Virus record (IMG/VR): IMGVR_UViG_3300017978_000188
Coordinates: 1-24,389 of that record
Direction: 5' to 3' (one strand)
DNA length: 24,389 nt
From: a virus
Lineage: Duplodnaviria; Caudoviricetes
This document shows, one piece after another, positions 1 through 10,086 of the stretch (position 1 is the stretch's first letter; the number at the start of each line of letters is the position of its first letter). The notes under the pieces are model-generated. The model worked only from the letters and a program-made list of their open reading frames with translations, was not told where the DNA came from and ran no database searches. Made by a program: the position numbers and the translations under genes.

Positions 1-2
1 GT

Positions 3-620
3 GCTTATGTTAGCCCATCGGGCAAACACTATTGCCAAAAGTTTCAACGCGATATACGTTATCATCCTTTTAAGGGAGAAAATGCACAGTGGACTGATGC
101 ACTCTTAGAAGACAGATTTCGTAAAGAATTAAAATTCCATGCTAGGGCAAAAGAATCAATGCCTGTGTTAGAAATGGTAGATGTAGATGAAGCATCGAGA
201 ACTATAGTTTATCGTTGGCCTGGTGATGACTTTCTTATGCAAGGAATACATGCAGGCAGTTACGAAGCAGTATTACCTAATTGGAAAGAACAGTGGATAG
301 CACGTATTAAAGAAATGCGTCTAGCAAACATTGTTAAATTAAGTTTGCATCCAAACAGTTGGACAGTAAGCAACGGATCACTAGTACCATTGAATTGGTT
401 TTATTGTTACGATGCTGACGTAGGGTACGATAGTTTTGCCAATATGAACATACAAATTAGCAGTGGACGTAGAGAAAATTTGTATCCTATATTAGAAAAA
501 TATAACATAGATTTTAATACAGATTACCCTGCTACACAGTTACAAATAATTGCTTTTAATAGTTTTCGTAAAAATTATCCAAACGACCTAATAGATAGGA
601 TCTTAGAAGAAACAAAATGA
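3..620 (+). CDS. 5'-truncated protein with possible degenerate protein-kinase-like fold
   Basis: Frame of the 159..620 ORF is open back to base 3 (AYVSPSGKHYCQKFQRDIRYHPF...ELKFHARAKESMPVLE), so the gene starts before the window. KLSLHPNS and LVPLNWF sit where HxDLHxxN and LIDFG lie in kinase-like folds (weak). Confidence 0.5.
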   Translation, partial: AYVSPSGKHYCQKFQRDIRYHPFKGENAQWTDALLEDRFRKELKFHARAKESMPVLEMVDVDEASRTIVYRWPGDDFLMQGIHAGSYEAVLPNWKEQWIARIKEMRLANIVKLSLHPNSWTVSNGSLVPLNWFYCYDADVGYDSFANMNIQISSGRRENLYPILEKYNIDFNTDYPATQLQIIAFNSFRKNYPNDLIDRILEETK

Positions 621-1330
621 CTATAGCATGTATGCCCATTGACATTGATGTATCGTTGCCTAATGAACAGAATATTTTAGACTACGTTCAGGAATATCAA
701 TTTCCGTCGATGTTGCATTTACCAAGTCCACGATTTGACCCGTGGACCGTATCTCCTATTCTAGGGCGCATGCCTAGTAAAGATTGGAATGATCCTATTA
801 AGATTCGTAATTTGATCTTCAATAGACAAAATCCTAATTACGGAGGTAAAGTTGAATACGCCAACGGCTTTGATATATTATTTCCTGAAGTTGTTGATAT
901 GATTAAACAAATACCTATTCTTAATCCTATTTGTATCTTCATGAAACAGAATGCACTATCAACTTCTCACGTAGACACACATGGAGAAAATGACGTTAAA
1001 AGTATTCCTAACTTATGGGGACTAAACACTGAACCTAGACGATATAATATTCAAATGACAAAGTTTGATTATCAAAGTTTTTTTGTTAGTAAGACTAGAG
1101 AAAGCGAACGTATTCCTTATACACATATTAGTAAAGAATTGCCTGCTTATCTGTTTTGTGAAGATCATTATTTTCATGGAGCAGAATTCTGTGGAGAAGA
1201 TAAAGTAAGTTTATGTTTCTTAGGAACACCCGATTGGCCTAGGCATAATGCACTAATTAAAAAATCGTTAGAAAAGCATAGAGACAAAGCAATTATATTT
1301 GAGGATGACAATGGCTTTTTACACAACTGA
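617..1330 (+). CDS. putative 2OG-Fe(II)/cupin-fold oxygenase
   Basis: HVD (HxD) motif, distal FHGA His, then a basic residue (DKVSL); ATGA overlap with the upstream stop. Confidence 0.55.
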   Translation: MTIACMPIDIDVSLPNEQNILDYVQEYQFPSMLHLPSPRFDPWTVSPILGRMPSKDWNDPIKIRNLIFNRQNPNYGGKVEYANGFDILFPEVVDMIKQIPILNPICIFMKQNALSTSHVDTHGENDVKSIPNLWGLNTEPRRYNIQMTKFDYQSFFVSKTRESERIPYTHISKELPAYLFCEDHYFHGAEFCGEDKVSLCFLGTPDWPRHNALIKKSLEKHRDKAIIFEDDNGFLHN

Positions 1331-2384
1331 TTTGATCGAAATTCAAATTGAAAACAGTAGCATATGTAATGCTGCCTGTCCTCAATGTATTAGGGAGTTC
1401 AAAGAACCGACCAAAGACTGGATAAACGAAACATATCTAGACGTATCGTTTTTTGAAAACATCCCAGATGAAGTTTATCAAAAATTAAAAATATTTTATT
1501 TTACTGGCAATATCGGAGATCCGTGTACTGCTCCTAATTTTTTAGAAGTATGTAAATTTGTTAGGGAAAAGAATCCTGACATGTATATTAAAATTAGTAC
1601 TAACGGAGGAATGAAGAGTCCTGATTTCTGGTCTCAGTTAGGCACTATACTTGGCCCAAAGTCTGAAGTAGTATTTGCTATTGACGGCCTAGAAGATACT
1701 AATCACATATACAGAGTTAATGTAAAGTGGGACAAAGTAATGGCCAATGCTAAGGCATTTATTGCCGCAGGCGGACAAGCATTTTGGCAGTTTATTGCTT
1801 TCAAACATAATCAACATCAAGTAGAGCAAGCAAGAACACTAGCAACTGAAATGGGGTTTTCCAAGTTCATGATGAAACCTAGTCATAGATTTGCTCTAGA
1901 CGCAGTGCTTGGTGCAGAACGATTTAATAGATCTGATACAAAGATCGAACCTCCAGATGATGCGGCATTAACACATATAGTAGTAATTGACAGAACTGCT
2001 AAAAATCTTAAAGAGTTGAGAGAACAATCAAACACATCTTGTATCGATTGCCATGTAAAAAACACTTATCAAAGTGTATATATTGACCATCAAGGTAGAT
2101 TATGGCCGTGTTGTTATCTTGCCGCTGGATTATATGTAACTGACGGATTACCAACACACGACGGGTGGTTAAATTTGTGGCGTACATATGGTGACGATAA
2201 AATTAATCTTAAAAATCACAAGTGGTCCGACATCCTGAGCGGAGGCTTTTTTAGTGCTATAGAAGATAGTTGGTCAAAAGATTACAGCAGTGGTCGTATT
2301 ATTACTTGTGCAATTACTTGTTCAAAGTTTCAAAGTCGTGTGAATATTCCTGCTGAAATGAATAGAATTATTGAGAACGCATAG
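1311..2384 (+). CDS. radical SAM protein with C-terminal SPASM/twitch-type Cys region
   Basis: CNAACPQC (CX3CX2C), GNIGDP, STNGG, FAIDG, C-terminal C...IDHQGRLWPCC...CAITC. Start placed at ATG 1311 because GAGGA lies at 1301-1305. Confidence 0.9.
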   Translation: MAFYTTDLIEIQIENSSICNAACPQCIREFKEPTKDWINETYLDVSFFENIPDEVYQKLKIFYFTGNIGDPCTAPNFLEVCKFVREKNPDMYIKISTNGGMKSPDFWSQLGTILGPKSEVVFAIDGLEDTNHIYRVNVKWDKVMANAKAFIAAGGQAFWQFIAFKHNQHQVEQARTLATEMGFSKFMMKPSHRFALDAVLGAERFNRSDTKIEPPDDAALTHIVVIDRTAKNLKELREQSNTSCIDCHVKNTYQSVYIDHQGRLWPCCYLAAGLYVTDGLPTHDGWLNLWRTYGDDKINLKNHKWSDILSGGFFSAIEDSWSKDYSSGRIITCAITCSKFQSRVNIPAEMNRIIENA

Positions 2385-3706
2385 TGTATAACGATGATTA
2401 TAGTCCAACAGCATACGACAACTTTGTCTTATATGAAAAGATATTTGACAAACCGTGTGTTACACTAGTGGACGGTACACAAATATTTGATGAAGACAGT
2501 GCTTACTATTTTCATTTTTATCGTTGGGCTATATTGCCTACATGGGTTGGCACTGAAACTACCCCGCACATGATATTTGGTTCTAAGGGTTATATACCTC
2601 AACTAGAAAATAAAATTTACGATGCAGATACTGTAGAATATCTAAACCATCACGGACTTAATATCTACTTGTATGAAACACTAACATTTACAACACAGTT
2701 AGTAGACAGACCTAATTTTAAAATTAAAAAGACTAGTAATCTAATAGATACGATTATATCAGCATATGGTAATTCTATGACATTTGAGTGCCATCAAGAC
2801 AACAATAACTTGTTGTTATGCTACGAATTAGAATCTATTAATCAATTTGCCAAGCAGAATAATCTTAAAAATGTTAAGGTGCATACTTGTCATTACAATA
2901 TAAGTTTTATCAATAGTAAGTATCCTAACATACAATTATTGTGCAAAGATTTACATTTAGCCTCTATGGTAAATTACCCGCAGGAGGAAGTATATCCTTT
3001 TCAACTAATAGAGCCAACTGATTTAATAGAAACTAAGTTTATCTCTCCTAATTGGCGTTATCATAGTACTAGACATATACTAATGACTTATCTAATAGAC
3101 AAGCCTGGGATATATTCTTGGTATTATAACGGATCACTAGATAAGTTAAAAAGTAACTTATGGTTTGATTTATCCAAATCAAAATTAGAATCTGTAGTTG
3201 CACACGGACTGCCATTATTAAACCAGTCTACACCTTTAGAAATAAACCGCTGTCAAGGAATTAATACAATTGATGGTCAGATAGATTATCTAAAATATCC
3301 AGGCGGCACACAAGGTAGCCCTAGCGATTATAGAATGGATGACGCATACTTAAAAAGTTTTTGTGCAGTAATAACTGAAAGTTTCTTTGCTATGCCTACT
3401 GGTATAGTTAGTGAAAAAGTTCTTAATGCTATTAAATTAGGAAGACCATTTGTATTAGTTGCTCCTCCTAACACATTAGAGTATATGCACAAACTAGGGT
3501 TTCAAACATTTGAGAGATATTGGGACGAATCTTATGACGCTGAGCCTAATCATGAACTTAGGCTATTGAAAATTTTTGAAGTATTAGATTATATTAACTC
3601 TATGAGTATAGATGAACTTAAAGTATGGTATGCTAATATGAAAGATACTTTAGAACATAATGCAGAAGTAATTAAAAATCTAACTGCATCGGGTAATATA
3701 TTATGA
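2384..3706 (+). CDS. putative glycosyltransferase-like protein (GT10-like C-terminal motif), paralog 1
   Basis: C-terminal SFCAVITES...SEKVLNAIKLGRPFVLV...LGFQTFERYWDESYD resembles the GT10 fucosyltransferase E..TEK..A...P motif; GTG start overlaps the upstream TAG. Confidence 0.5.
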   Translation: MYNDDYSPTAYDNFVLYEKIFDKPCVTLVDGTQIFDEDSAYYFHFYRWAILPTWVGTETTPHMIFGSKGYIPQLENKIYDADTVEYLNHHGLNIYLYETLTFTTQLVDRPNFKIKKTSNLIDTIISAYGNSMTFECHQDNNNLLLCYELESINQFAKQNNLKNVKVHTCHYNISFINSKYPNIQLLCKDLHLASMVNYPQEEVYPFQLIEPTDLIETKFISPNWRYHSTRHILMTYLIDKPGIYSWYYNGSLDKLKSNLWFDLSKSKLESVVAHGLPLLNQSTPLEINRCQGINTIDGQIDYLKYPGGTQGSPSDYRMDDAYLKSFCAVITESFFAMPTGIVSEKVLNAIKLGRPFVLVAPPNTLEYMHKLGFQTFERYWDESYDAEPNHELRLLKIFEVLDYINSMSIDELKVWYANMKDTLEHNAEVIKNLTASGNIL

Positions 3707-4782
3707 CAATGTGTCCTTTTCCTTTTAGAGGCGTAATGGTTAAAACTGATGGACAGTTAGTTACCTGTTGCTACGGGGAAAGTATACAAGGACTAAACAG
3801 ATCTACACATACTATTGAACAAGCATTTAACAGTCCAGAGTTTCAACAAATAAGATTCAATCTTATTAACGGAGTAAAAGATAATCATTGTAAGAAATGT
3901 TGGGAATTAGAAGAACAGGGTGTGGAAAGTCTCAGACAACAAGAACTAAGAACAGAAGAATTTGATGCGGATGTATATGTTAATCCTAGGTTAGAATATC
4001 TCTTTCTAAGTCTCAGCAATCAATGTAATTTAAAATGTAGAACTTGCAGTCCTAGTGATAGTAGTTTTTGGATTAAAGAGTTTGAACAGCGTACCGGCAT
4101 TAAAAAAACAGTGTACTTAGAACCCGACGATAGTATATTCTTTTCTAGTTTTAAACAAGACACCCTACCGCATTTAAAAGAAATCGCATTTACTGGCGGC
4201 GAACCTTTAATGATGAAAAGTGTACATCGCATTTTAGAAACACTTGATTCTAATGTTAGCCTAACTTTTTACACCAACGGTACATTTTATAATCCCACTA
4301 TATTAGAAAAGTTTAAAGACGTTGACATCGCAGTAAGCATTGACGGAATAGATCAGCGATTTGAATATATGCGTCATCCTGCAAAATGGTATGAAGTTGT
4401 CAATAACCTTAAATTAATGAGCAGTAATTTAAAAGCCATTACCTGTACAGTTAGTGCTTATAATGTGTGGTATATAGACGAAGTTGCAGACTTTGCCGCT
4501 AGTCTCGGCGTAGACTTTATGGCACATATTTTATTTGAGCCAAATAATTTATCAGTGTTGTCCCTGCCGTATGAAATAAGATTAGAAGTTGCGGATAAAT
4601 TATCTAAACACAAAAACAGTCAGATTCAAAAAATTGTAGAATATTTAAAAACTGAAGCCGATGATAATTGGGAAAGTTTTGTAAAAGATGTTCAGCAAGG
4701 TGATAATATTAGAAATGAAAGTTACAAAGAAGTATTTTCAGAATTTTATAATATATTAGAACGCTATGGAAAAGCAATTTAA
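3703..4782 (+). CDS. radical SAM protein with N-terminal SPASM/twitch domain
   Basis: N-terminal CPFPF...DGQLVTCC...CKKCW, then CNLKCRTC, FTGGEPL, YTNGT, VSIDG. Confidence 0.9.
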   Translation: MTMCPFPFRGVMVKTDGQLVTCCYGESIQGLNRSTHTIEQAFNSPEFQQIRFNLINGVKDNHCKKCWELEEQGVESLRQQELRTEEFDADVYVNPRLEYLFLSLSNQCNLKCRTCSPSDSSFWIKEFEQRTGIKKTVYLEPDDSIFFSSFKQDTLPHLKEIAFTGGEPLMMKSVHRILETLDSNVSLTFYTNGTFYNPTILEKFKDVDIAVSIDGIDQRFEYMRHPAKWYEVVNNLKLMSSNLKAITCTVSAYNVWYIDEVADFAASLGVDFMAHILFEPNNLSVLSLPYEIRLEVADKLSKHKNSQIQKIVEYLKTEADDNWESFVKDVQQGDNIRNESYKEVFSEFYNILERYGKAI

Positions 4783-6088
4783 AGAACGCGACGACTACTA
4801 CTTTGCAGTAGTTTATGAAAATTTATTTCCTACAAGAGTGGGCAGTAAAAAGTTATTGTTAGAAAACGGCACAACTTTTAATGAAACCGATTTTAGTAAT
4901 TCTTATACATTCTTTGATTACTATAATGATTATTATCTAGACACCAGTTTAGACAACGATAAAACTCCGCACCTTTTATACACAGGTATGGGATCTATTC
5001 TACAATTAGAAACTTTAACTTATGAAGAAGATATAATAGAATATCTAAACATTCATGGATTGAACATTTATCTATACGAAACAACAGTAGTTGATTTAAA
5101 ACCAACGAAAAAGTTCTATGTAACACGTAATCAAGAATACAGTGCTGACTATATTAATTTTAGATTTGAAACAAACCAAGACTTTTATGTTTTTGAATTT
5201 GAAAGTATTGAGGAGTTTGTTAGAAGAAATTCCCTAACCAATGTTACTGTGTTTACCTGCGAAGGCAATACTAGTCGAGTATCTAAGCAGTACAGTTTTA
5301 AAATTAAAAGTAAAGAAGTATTCTTGGTGTCGTTGTTAAAAGAAACCAGCGAAGAAATTAATGGCTACGAAATAAGTAAGGATCTTGTAAGTAGATTTGA
5401 TCCTAGCACAATTACACACAAGTTCTGGTCGGGCAATTGGAGATATGATGTACACAGACATGTTATTTGTTCTTATCTAGTCAACAAGTCGAGTAAACTG
5501 TCTTGGTACTATAATTCTTCTTTAGAAGAAGTTCAACAGTTCTTTTGGTTTGACATTAGCAAGTGGAACAACGACGTTGTCCTAAAAGGCGATAAAACGC
5601 TTTGCAAAAATGCTCCTTACGTCCTAGACATTACTGCACCTGCAACTAAAGTAAATTTACAACAGTTGTGGACTATACCCACAGAAGAATTTTTCTGTCC
5701 AGGTAGTTCAACAACACCGTTAGAAAGTTATTTGACCTCATTCTGTGCAGTAGTGACTGAAAGCAACTTTGCACATCCGTTTCCTATGTTCAGTGAAAAG
5801 ACAATAAATGCTATCAAAGCAGGACGTCCTTTTATTGTTGCTAGTAGTGCAGGTACATTAGAATATCTACGGCAACACGGCTTTAAAACGTTCAGCGAAT
5901 TCTGGGATGAAAGTTATGACTTGGAAGAAAACCACGAACGCAGACTACAAATGATTTTACAAGTAATTGACTACATCGACGGTATGACTGTAGAACAACT
6001 CCAAGAATTTTACTCAAAAATAAAACCGACGATTGAGTATAATTTTCGCCGGCTTATGGAAATTAAAAACGAAGATTTAAGTTTTTAA
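4766..6088 (+). CDS. putative glycosyltransferase-like protein (GT10-like C-terminal motif), paralog 2
   Basis: Shares [15 protein letters not shown], NWRY, SWYYN, SFCAVxTES, SEKxxNAIKxGRPF and WDESYDxExNHExRL with 2384..3706; both are 440 aa. Confidence 0.5.
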   Translation: MEKQFKERDDYYFAVVYENLFPTRVGSKKLLLENGTTFNETDFSNSYTFFDYYNDYYLDTSLDNDKTPHLLYTGMGSILQLETLTYEEDIIEYLNIHGLNIYLYETTVVDLKPTKKFYVTRNQEYSADYINFRFETNQDFYVFEFESIEEFVRRNSLTNVTVFTCEGNTSRVSKQYSFKIKSKEVFLVSLLKETSEEINGYEISKDLVSRFDPSTITHKFWSGNWRYDVHRHVICSYLVNKSSKLSWYYNSSLEEVQQFFWFDISKWNNDVVLKGDKTLCKNAPYVLDITAPATKVNLQQLWTIPTEEFFCPGSSTTPLESYLTSFCAVVTESNFAHPFPMFSEKTINAIKAGRPFIVASSAGTLEYLRQHGFKTFSEFWDESYDLEENHERRLQMILQVIDYIDGMTVEQLQEFYSKIKPTIEYNFRRLMEIKNEDLSF

Positions 6089-6912
6089 ACCGCCATCTCT
6101 GCTTTGATTGCAGGATGCGGATCATATCTTTCTAGTATAAAATCTTCCAACATATATTCATTCCATTTCTTGTTTACAGTCATAAACAATGTAGGAAGTA
6201 CTCGTTCTTCTCTTGATAGTTGTTCTTTAACAGCATCAACGTGATTAGTGTATATATGACAGTCCCCGCCAGTCCAAACAAAGTCTCCTACCTTTAATCC
6301 GCACTCGCGAGCGATAATGTGTGTAAGCAATGAATAACTAGCAATGTTAAAAGGTACTCCTAAAAACATATCGCAACTACGCTGATATAGTTGACAACTT
6401 AGGTAGCCATCTGTAACATCAAATTGACTTAGAACATGACATGGTGGCAATGCCATTTGATCAAGTTCTGCAGGATTCCATGCACTTAGGATGTGTCTAC
6501 GTCCGCTAGGATCTTTCTTTATACCGTCGATTAACTGTTGTAGTTGATCTACGCCGCCAAAATCTCTCCACTGCACTCCATATACACGACCTAAGTCACC
6601 TTGATATTTTGCCTTAGATTTCCAGTAGTCTGCTTCTGCGTTAGCAGTCCAAATAGTTTTCTTTTCAGAGTCTCTAGTGCCATGTAGAATTTCCGCAAGT
6701 CTGCGTTCGTCTCCACTTCCTTCTAGAAACCACAGTAGTTCCGATACTACAGACTTCCATGCTAATCGCTTAGTAGTGATAGCAGGAAAGCCTGTACGGA
6801 GATCGAAGCGCATTTGATGACCAAATACGCTTATAGTGCCTACACCAGTTCGATCAGTCTTCTGTTTTCCGTTTTCTAGTATGTGTTCTAGTGCTTGATG
6901 ATATTGTTTCAT
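6085..6912 (-). CDS. thyA: thymidylate synthase
   Basis: [27 protein letters not shown]-like [39 protein letters not shown]-terminal MAV. Confidence 0.98.
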   Translation of the reverse strand: MKQYHQALEHILENGKQKTDRTGVGTISVFGHQMRFDLRTGFPAITTKRLAWKSVVSELLWFLEGSGDERRLAEILHGTRDSEKKTIWTANAEADYWKSKAKYQGDLGRVYGVQWRDFGGVDQLQQLIDGIKKDPSGRRHILSAWNPAELDQMALPPCHVLSQFDVTDGYLSCQLYQRSCDMFLGVPFNIASYSLLTHIIARECGLKVGDFVWTGGDCHIYTNHVDAVKEQLSREERVLPTLFMTVNKKWNEYMLEDFILERYDPHPAIKAEMAV

Positions 6913-7387
6913 TATTATATTCTTCTACAATACACGAACCAAGATTTATAGTGTTTACTAAAGTCATGCCTTGTAAAAACTCGTCTATATTGATATATGT
7001 GTCGTGAATAAATTCGCCTTTAATTCTTGTAACAAACACTTTTTCTAAAACAGGTTTGCTTTGTAGTAGTAAATTTGGACCACCAATAACAAATATTTTT
7101 TTCTTTTTATGATGATGTTTTAAAGCCTTGAGTGCTTCGCATACATCTCCTCTTACTTGTTCTACAGTTTCAGAGTCAAAAAAATTGTTAGTGAATATTA
7201 CATTGAATCTTCCAGGCAACGGTTTTGGCATATCAGGACTATCCCAAGTTTTACGTCCCATAACTACAATTTCATTTTGTGTCTGGGTCTTAAACCATGT
7301 CATATCATCTTTATTATGAGGCCAAGATAACTGTCCCTTGAACCCCATTCCGCCGATATCGTCTACTGCAAACAATGCTGTTATCAT
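6854..7387 (-). CDS. folA: dihydrofolate reductase
   Basis: [38 protein letters not shown]; directly upstream of thyA with a 59-bp overlap. Confidence 0.95.
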   Translation of the reverse strand: MITALFAVDDIGGMGFKGQLSWPHNKDDMTWFKTQTQNEIVVMGRKTWDSPDMPKPLPGRFNVIFTNNFFDSETVEQVRGDVCEALKALKHHHKKKKIFVIGGPNLLLQSKPVLEKVFVTRIKGEFIHDTYINIDEFLQGMTLVNTINLGSCIVEEYNNETISSSTRTHTRKRKTED

Positions 7388-7713
7388 TCGTTTTTCTTAG
7401 GTCGTTTTTTTTTAAGAAAGCGAGTTGTTTCTTTAATAACATCCTTCTTAACCTTTTCAACGTCTAATCGGAAATCGATGTGTTCAATTTCGTCTTCGTA
7501 GTTTGATAAGAGTTCTCTCAAATGTTCTTCAAGATTATCTACGCCATGTGCTCGTGCTTGTCCAGCAATATTAACATCCCATATTTTTCCACCCTTAAAG
7601 ATGATTCTTAATGAATGTAAATATGCTAACGGCACTGCCTCAACATTAATTTCTCCAAAGATCTCAGGCCATTGGTCTATGACATCTTTGGGAAAAGGTT
7701 TTCCTTTACTCAC
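7384..7713 (-). CDS. hypothetical protein
   Basis: 109-aa ORF with 4-bp overlaps to both neighbours; basic C-terminus. Confidence 0.75.
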   Translation of the reverse strand: MSKGKPFPKDVIDQWPEIFGEINVEAVPLAYLHSLRIIFKGGKIWDVNIAGQARAHGVDNLEEHLRELLSNYEDEIEHIDFRLDVEKVKKDVIKETTRFLKKKRPKKNE

Positions 7714-8327
7714 TCTTCTTTAACAGTTGCCTTCTTTTTAGAAGGTGCAAGTTCTTCTGCTTGAGCACGTAATTTAGAGGCTTCTTTATACATAGCATCT
7801 GCTTGACTACGAAGTTGTCTTGCAATGTCTGCATCGCTAAGAGGTTCCTTTGATTCGGCCACAGGCGCTTTAACTTCGAAAGGCTCTGCTTTACTAGCAG
7901 GAACTTCATTAACAGTTCCAATAGTTTTACTTTCAAAACCATTACCTAGTGCAAGGTCGTTTACACTGATTCCTTTTTGCTCTGCAATGATCTGGTTAAG
8001 TTGCGCCAAATCGATCGATGCTTGAATGTTAGGAATCATTTCAACTTCTGAAGTTTTAACCTTTGTTAATTTGCCAGTGAAGTGCAAATGGTTAAGCATG
8101 ACTCTGCCATCTGGAAAATGTGATCTTCCTAGCACTTCTGCAAATTCATAGGCGCTTTGTCCTGCATTTCCTTCGACTAATTTAATTAGTGAATCGTGTT
8201 GTTCAGGAGTTAAACTTTCTGTAAAAATTACAAGTGCAGAATCGCTTTCTCCAGGCAGTGTTCTATATGCAACTACTACCTTTCTACCGGTAGATTTCAT
8301 TCTACCAATATGCTTAATATCAGCCAT
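7710..8327 (-). CDS. hypothetical protein with C-terminal helical/coiled-coil segment
   Basis: 205-aa ORF; GGGAG RBS upstream; C-terminal IARQLRSQADAMYKEASKLRAQAEEL. Confidence 0.8.
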   Translation of the reverse strand: MADIKHIGRMKSTGRKVVVAYRTLPGESDSALVIFTESLTPEQHDSLIKLVEGNAGQSAYEFAEVLGRSHFPDGRVMLNHLHFTGKLTKVKTSEVEMIPNIQASIDLAQLNQIIAEQKGISVNDLALGNGFESKTIGTVNEVPASKAEPFEVKAPVAESKEPLSDADIARQLRSQADAMYKEASKLRAQAEELAPSKKKATVKEE

Positions 8328-8562
8328 TTGTCTTACTCCCTTGTTTACTTACAGCATCTAAAAATCCTGCAAGTTTGTTATATACTGTACCAACTGCCTG
8401 CATTTCGTTAGGCTTGAACGCACCACGTTGTGCTGAAACATCGATGATGTTTTTAATAGCACTTAGATCCTGTACAGTTAGATCATAATTTTGTTCAGTT
8501 GCTTGTGCTTCTTGAGCGGGTGCGTCTGTTGCTGGTGTTTCTAATTTTTGTTCTTCGGCCAT
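8320..8562 (-). CDS. hypothetical protein
   Basis: Start moved to ATG 8562, which follows AGAAGGAG; gives 80 aa. Confidence 0.8.
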   Translation of the reverse strand: MAEEQKLETPATDAPAQEAQATEQNYDLTVQDLSAIKNIIDVSAQRGAFKPNEMQAVGTVYNKLAGFLDAVSKQGSKTNG

Positions 8563-8575
8563 GATATTACTCCTT

Positions 8576-8603
8576 CTGATGTATAGGCACAACTATATAT
8601 CAG
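8576..8603. promoter_or_regulatory. intergenic inverted repeat abutting an RBS
   Basis: CTGATGTATAG (8576-8586) / CTATATATCAG (8593-8603), one mismatch, 6-nt loop; fills most of the intergenic gap. Confidence 0.5.
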
Positions 8604-8604
8604 A

Positions 8605-8889
8605 CTAAACCGAAGAATATTTTAAATGTGGACAAGCAATTAAGAAGAAACTGGCTTCTTTGGGTTCTTCGAAGCCAATTCTGAGTTTAGTAACAAATTG
8701 ATTGTTTTCTAAAACTAAACTTTCGCCTATATAAAATCTATTTTTAAGATTCAAGTTAATCCACTCGTGTATATTTTTCTGAGTATTGAATTTCAAATCC
8801 ATATACAGATAATGAAAGTGCAACGGAGGATCTCGCAGTTCCCTGCAATCCAGAACATTGAGTGGATTAACTTTATCTACTAAACTCAT
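8605..8889 (-). CDS. hypothetical protein
   Basis: 94-aa ORF, ATGA-coupled to the vWA gene stop. Confidence 0.75.
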   Translation of the reverse strand: MSLVDKVNPLNVLDCRELRDPPLHFHYLYMDLKFNTQKNIHEWINLNLKNRFYIGESLVLENNQFVTKLRIGFEEPKEASFFLIACPHLKYSSV

Positions 8890-10061
8890 TTTTGGCTTGG
8901 AGGTTCGTAGTAAGCATGAGTTCCAAACGGAGGAACAATGGTATCGTTACCGTGGATGATAAAGATAGTATCGCAGTAGTCTTCATCACCCCACGAGTCC
9001 CAAGGATAACCGTCTGTAAACATGATAAACTTCTTAGGGTTAATATCGTGTTCTTTCATGTAATCCCAGTTACAGGTAAAGTCAGTACCACCACCGCCCA
9101 TGATTTCGTACTCAGCGATTTCTTCTGCGGTGTAACTGTTAAAATCTTGTTCGTTATAGACCCGAGTATCGAAACACCAAATTTTAATGTTGAACTCTTT
9201 GAACTCTTCCATAATACCTTTAACTTCGCCGAGGAAGTCTGAACCCATTGCATCAGTGATAGATCCTGACATGTCTAAAGATACACAGATATCAATGCTA
9301 GTATCAAAGTTACAACCAGGCAAAATTGCACCAGACATTTGACCTTTGCGACTAGGACGTGAGAATGAGAAGTCATTTTTAACAGTGCTTTGAATTTGCT
9401 GACGCAACAGTTCGCGCCAGTTCATCTTAGGCTCTGTCATTTCTTTGATCATACGAGCAATCTCACCAGGCACATTACCTGCACCTGCGGCCTGTGCGGC
9501 TTGGATCATTGCTTCTTTGATCTCATCACGAATTTTTTTCAATTCTTCTTGACTATGCTTCGGCTGTCCGTCTTTGCCGTCACCTTCGCCATCCAAATGC
9601 TGATCCAGCATCTCGCCTAACTGCTTGAGTTGTTCTTCGTCGTACTTGTTGTAGATTTCGTCGTAGACTTGTTCAGCACTCCATCCATCATACTTACGGT
9701 CATGGAAGAATTTAACAGGAGGGTCATCGCCGATACGTTCACGTTTCAATAATCCGTTAACACAATAGTCAGCGGCAATATTCCAAATTTGACGGTCACG
9801 ACCTTCCACACGCATCATGTGATCAAACACACAATGCAAAATTTCGTGAGCAACCACGAACTCTACTTGTCGAGGAGTCATCTTTTCAAAGAACTCTCGA
9901 TTGTAATAAAAATTACGGAAGTCAGTTGCGGCAGTGGGCAACCAATCGCTGGCATCGACAAGTTTCATACGAGTTGCCATATTACCAAAAAATGGATGAC
10001 GCAACAATAAGCCAACTCGGGCTACTACAATTTTATCGACAATGGGATCTAGATAACTCAT
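8886..10061 (-). CDS. metallopeptidase-like plus vWA domain protein (DUF2201-like), MoxR partner
   Basis: PTAATD, HEILH (HExxH), WNIAADYCVN, MIDAS DMSGS, GGGGTDF, FTDGY. Confidence 0.9.
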   Translation of the reverse strand: MSYLDPIVDKIVVARVGLLLRHPFFGNMATRMKLVDASDWLPTAATDFRNFYYNREFFEKMTPRQVEFVVAHEILHCVFDHMMRVEGRDRQIWNIAADYCVNGLLKRERIGDDPPVKFFHDRKYDGWSAEQVYDEIYNKYDEEQLKQLGEMLDQHLDGEGDGKDGQPKHSQEELKKIRDEIKEAMIQAAQAAGAGNVPGEIARMIKEMTEPKMNWRELLRQQIQSTVKNDFSFSRPSRKGQMSGAILPGCNFDTSIDICVSLDMSGSITDAMGSDFLGEVKGIMEEFKEFNIKIWCFDTRVYNEQDFNSYTAEEIAEYEIMGGGGTDFTCNWDYMKEHDINPKKFIMFTDGYPWDSWGDEDYCDTIFIIHGNDTIVPPFGTHAYYEPPSQK

Positions 10062-10086
10062 AAATGCTCCTGTTTACAATGTATAT

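Noticed and set aside
6085-7387. Intron in thyA or a DHFR-TS fusion
   Set aside because: thyA is an uninterrupted 275-aa frame with its own ATG; the two genes are in different frames with a simple 59-bp overlap.
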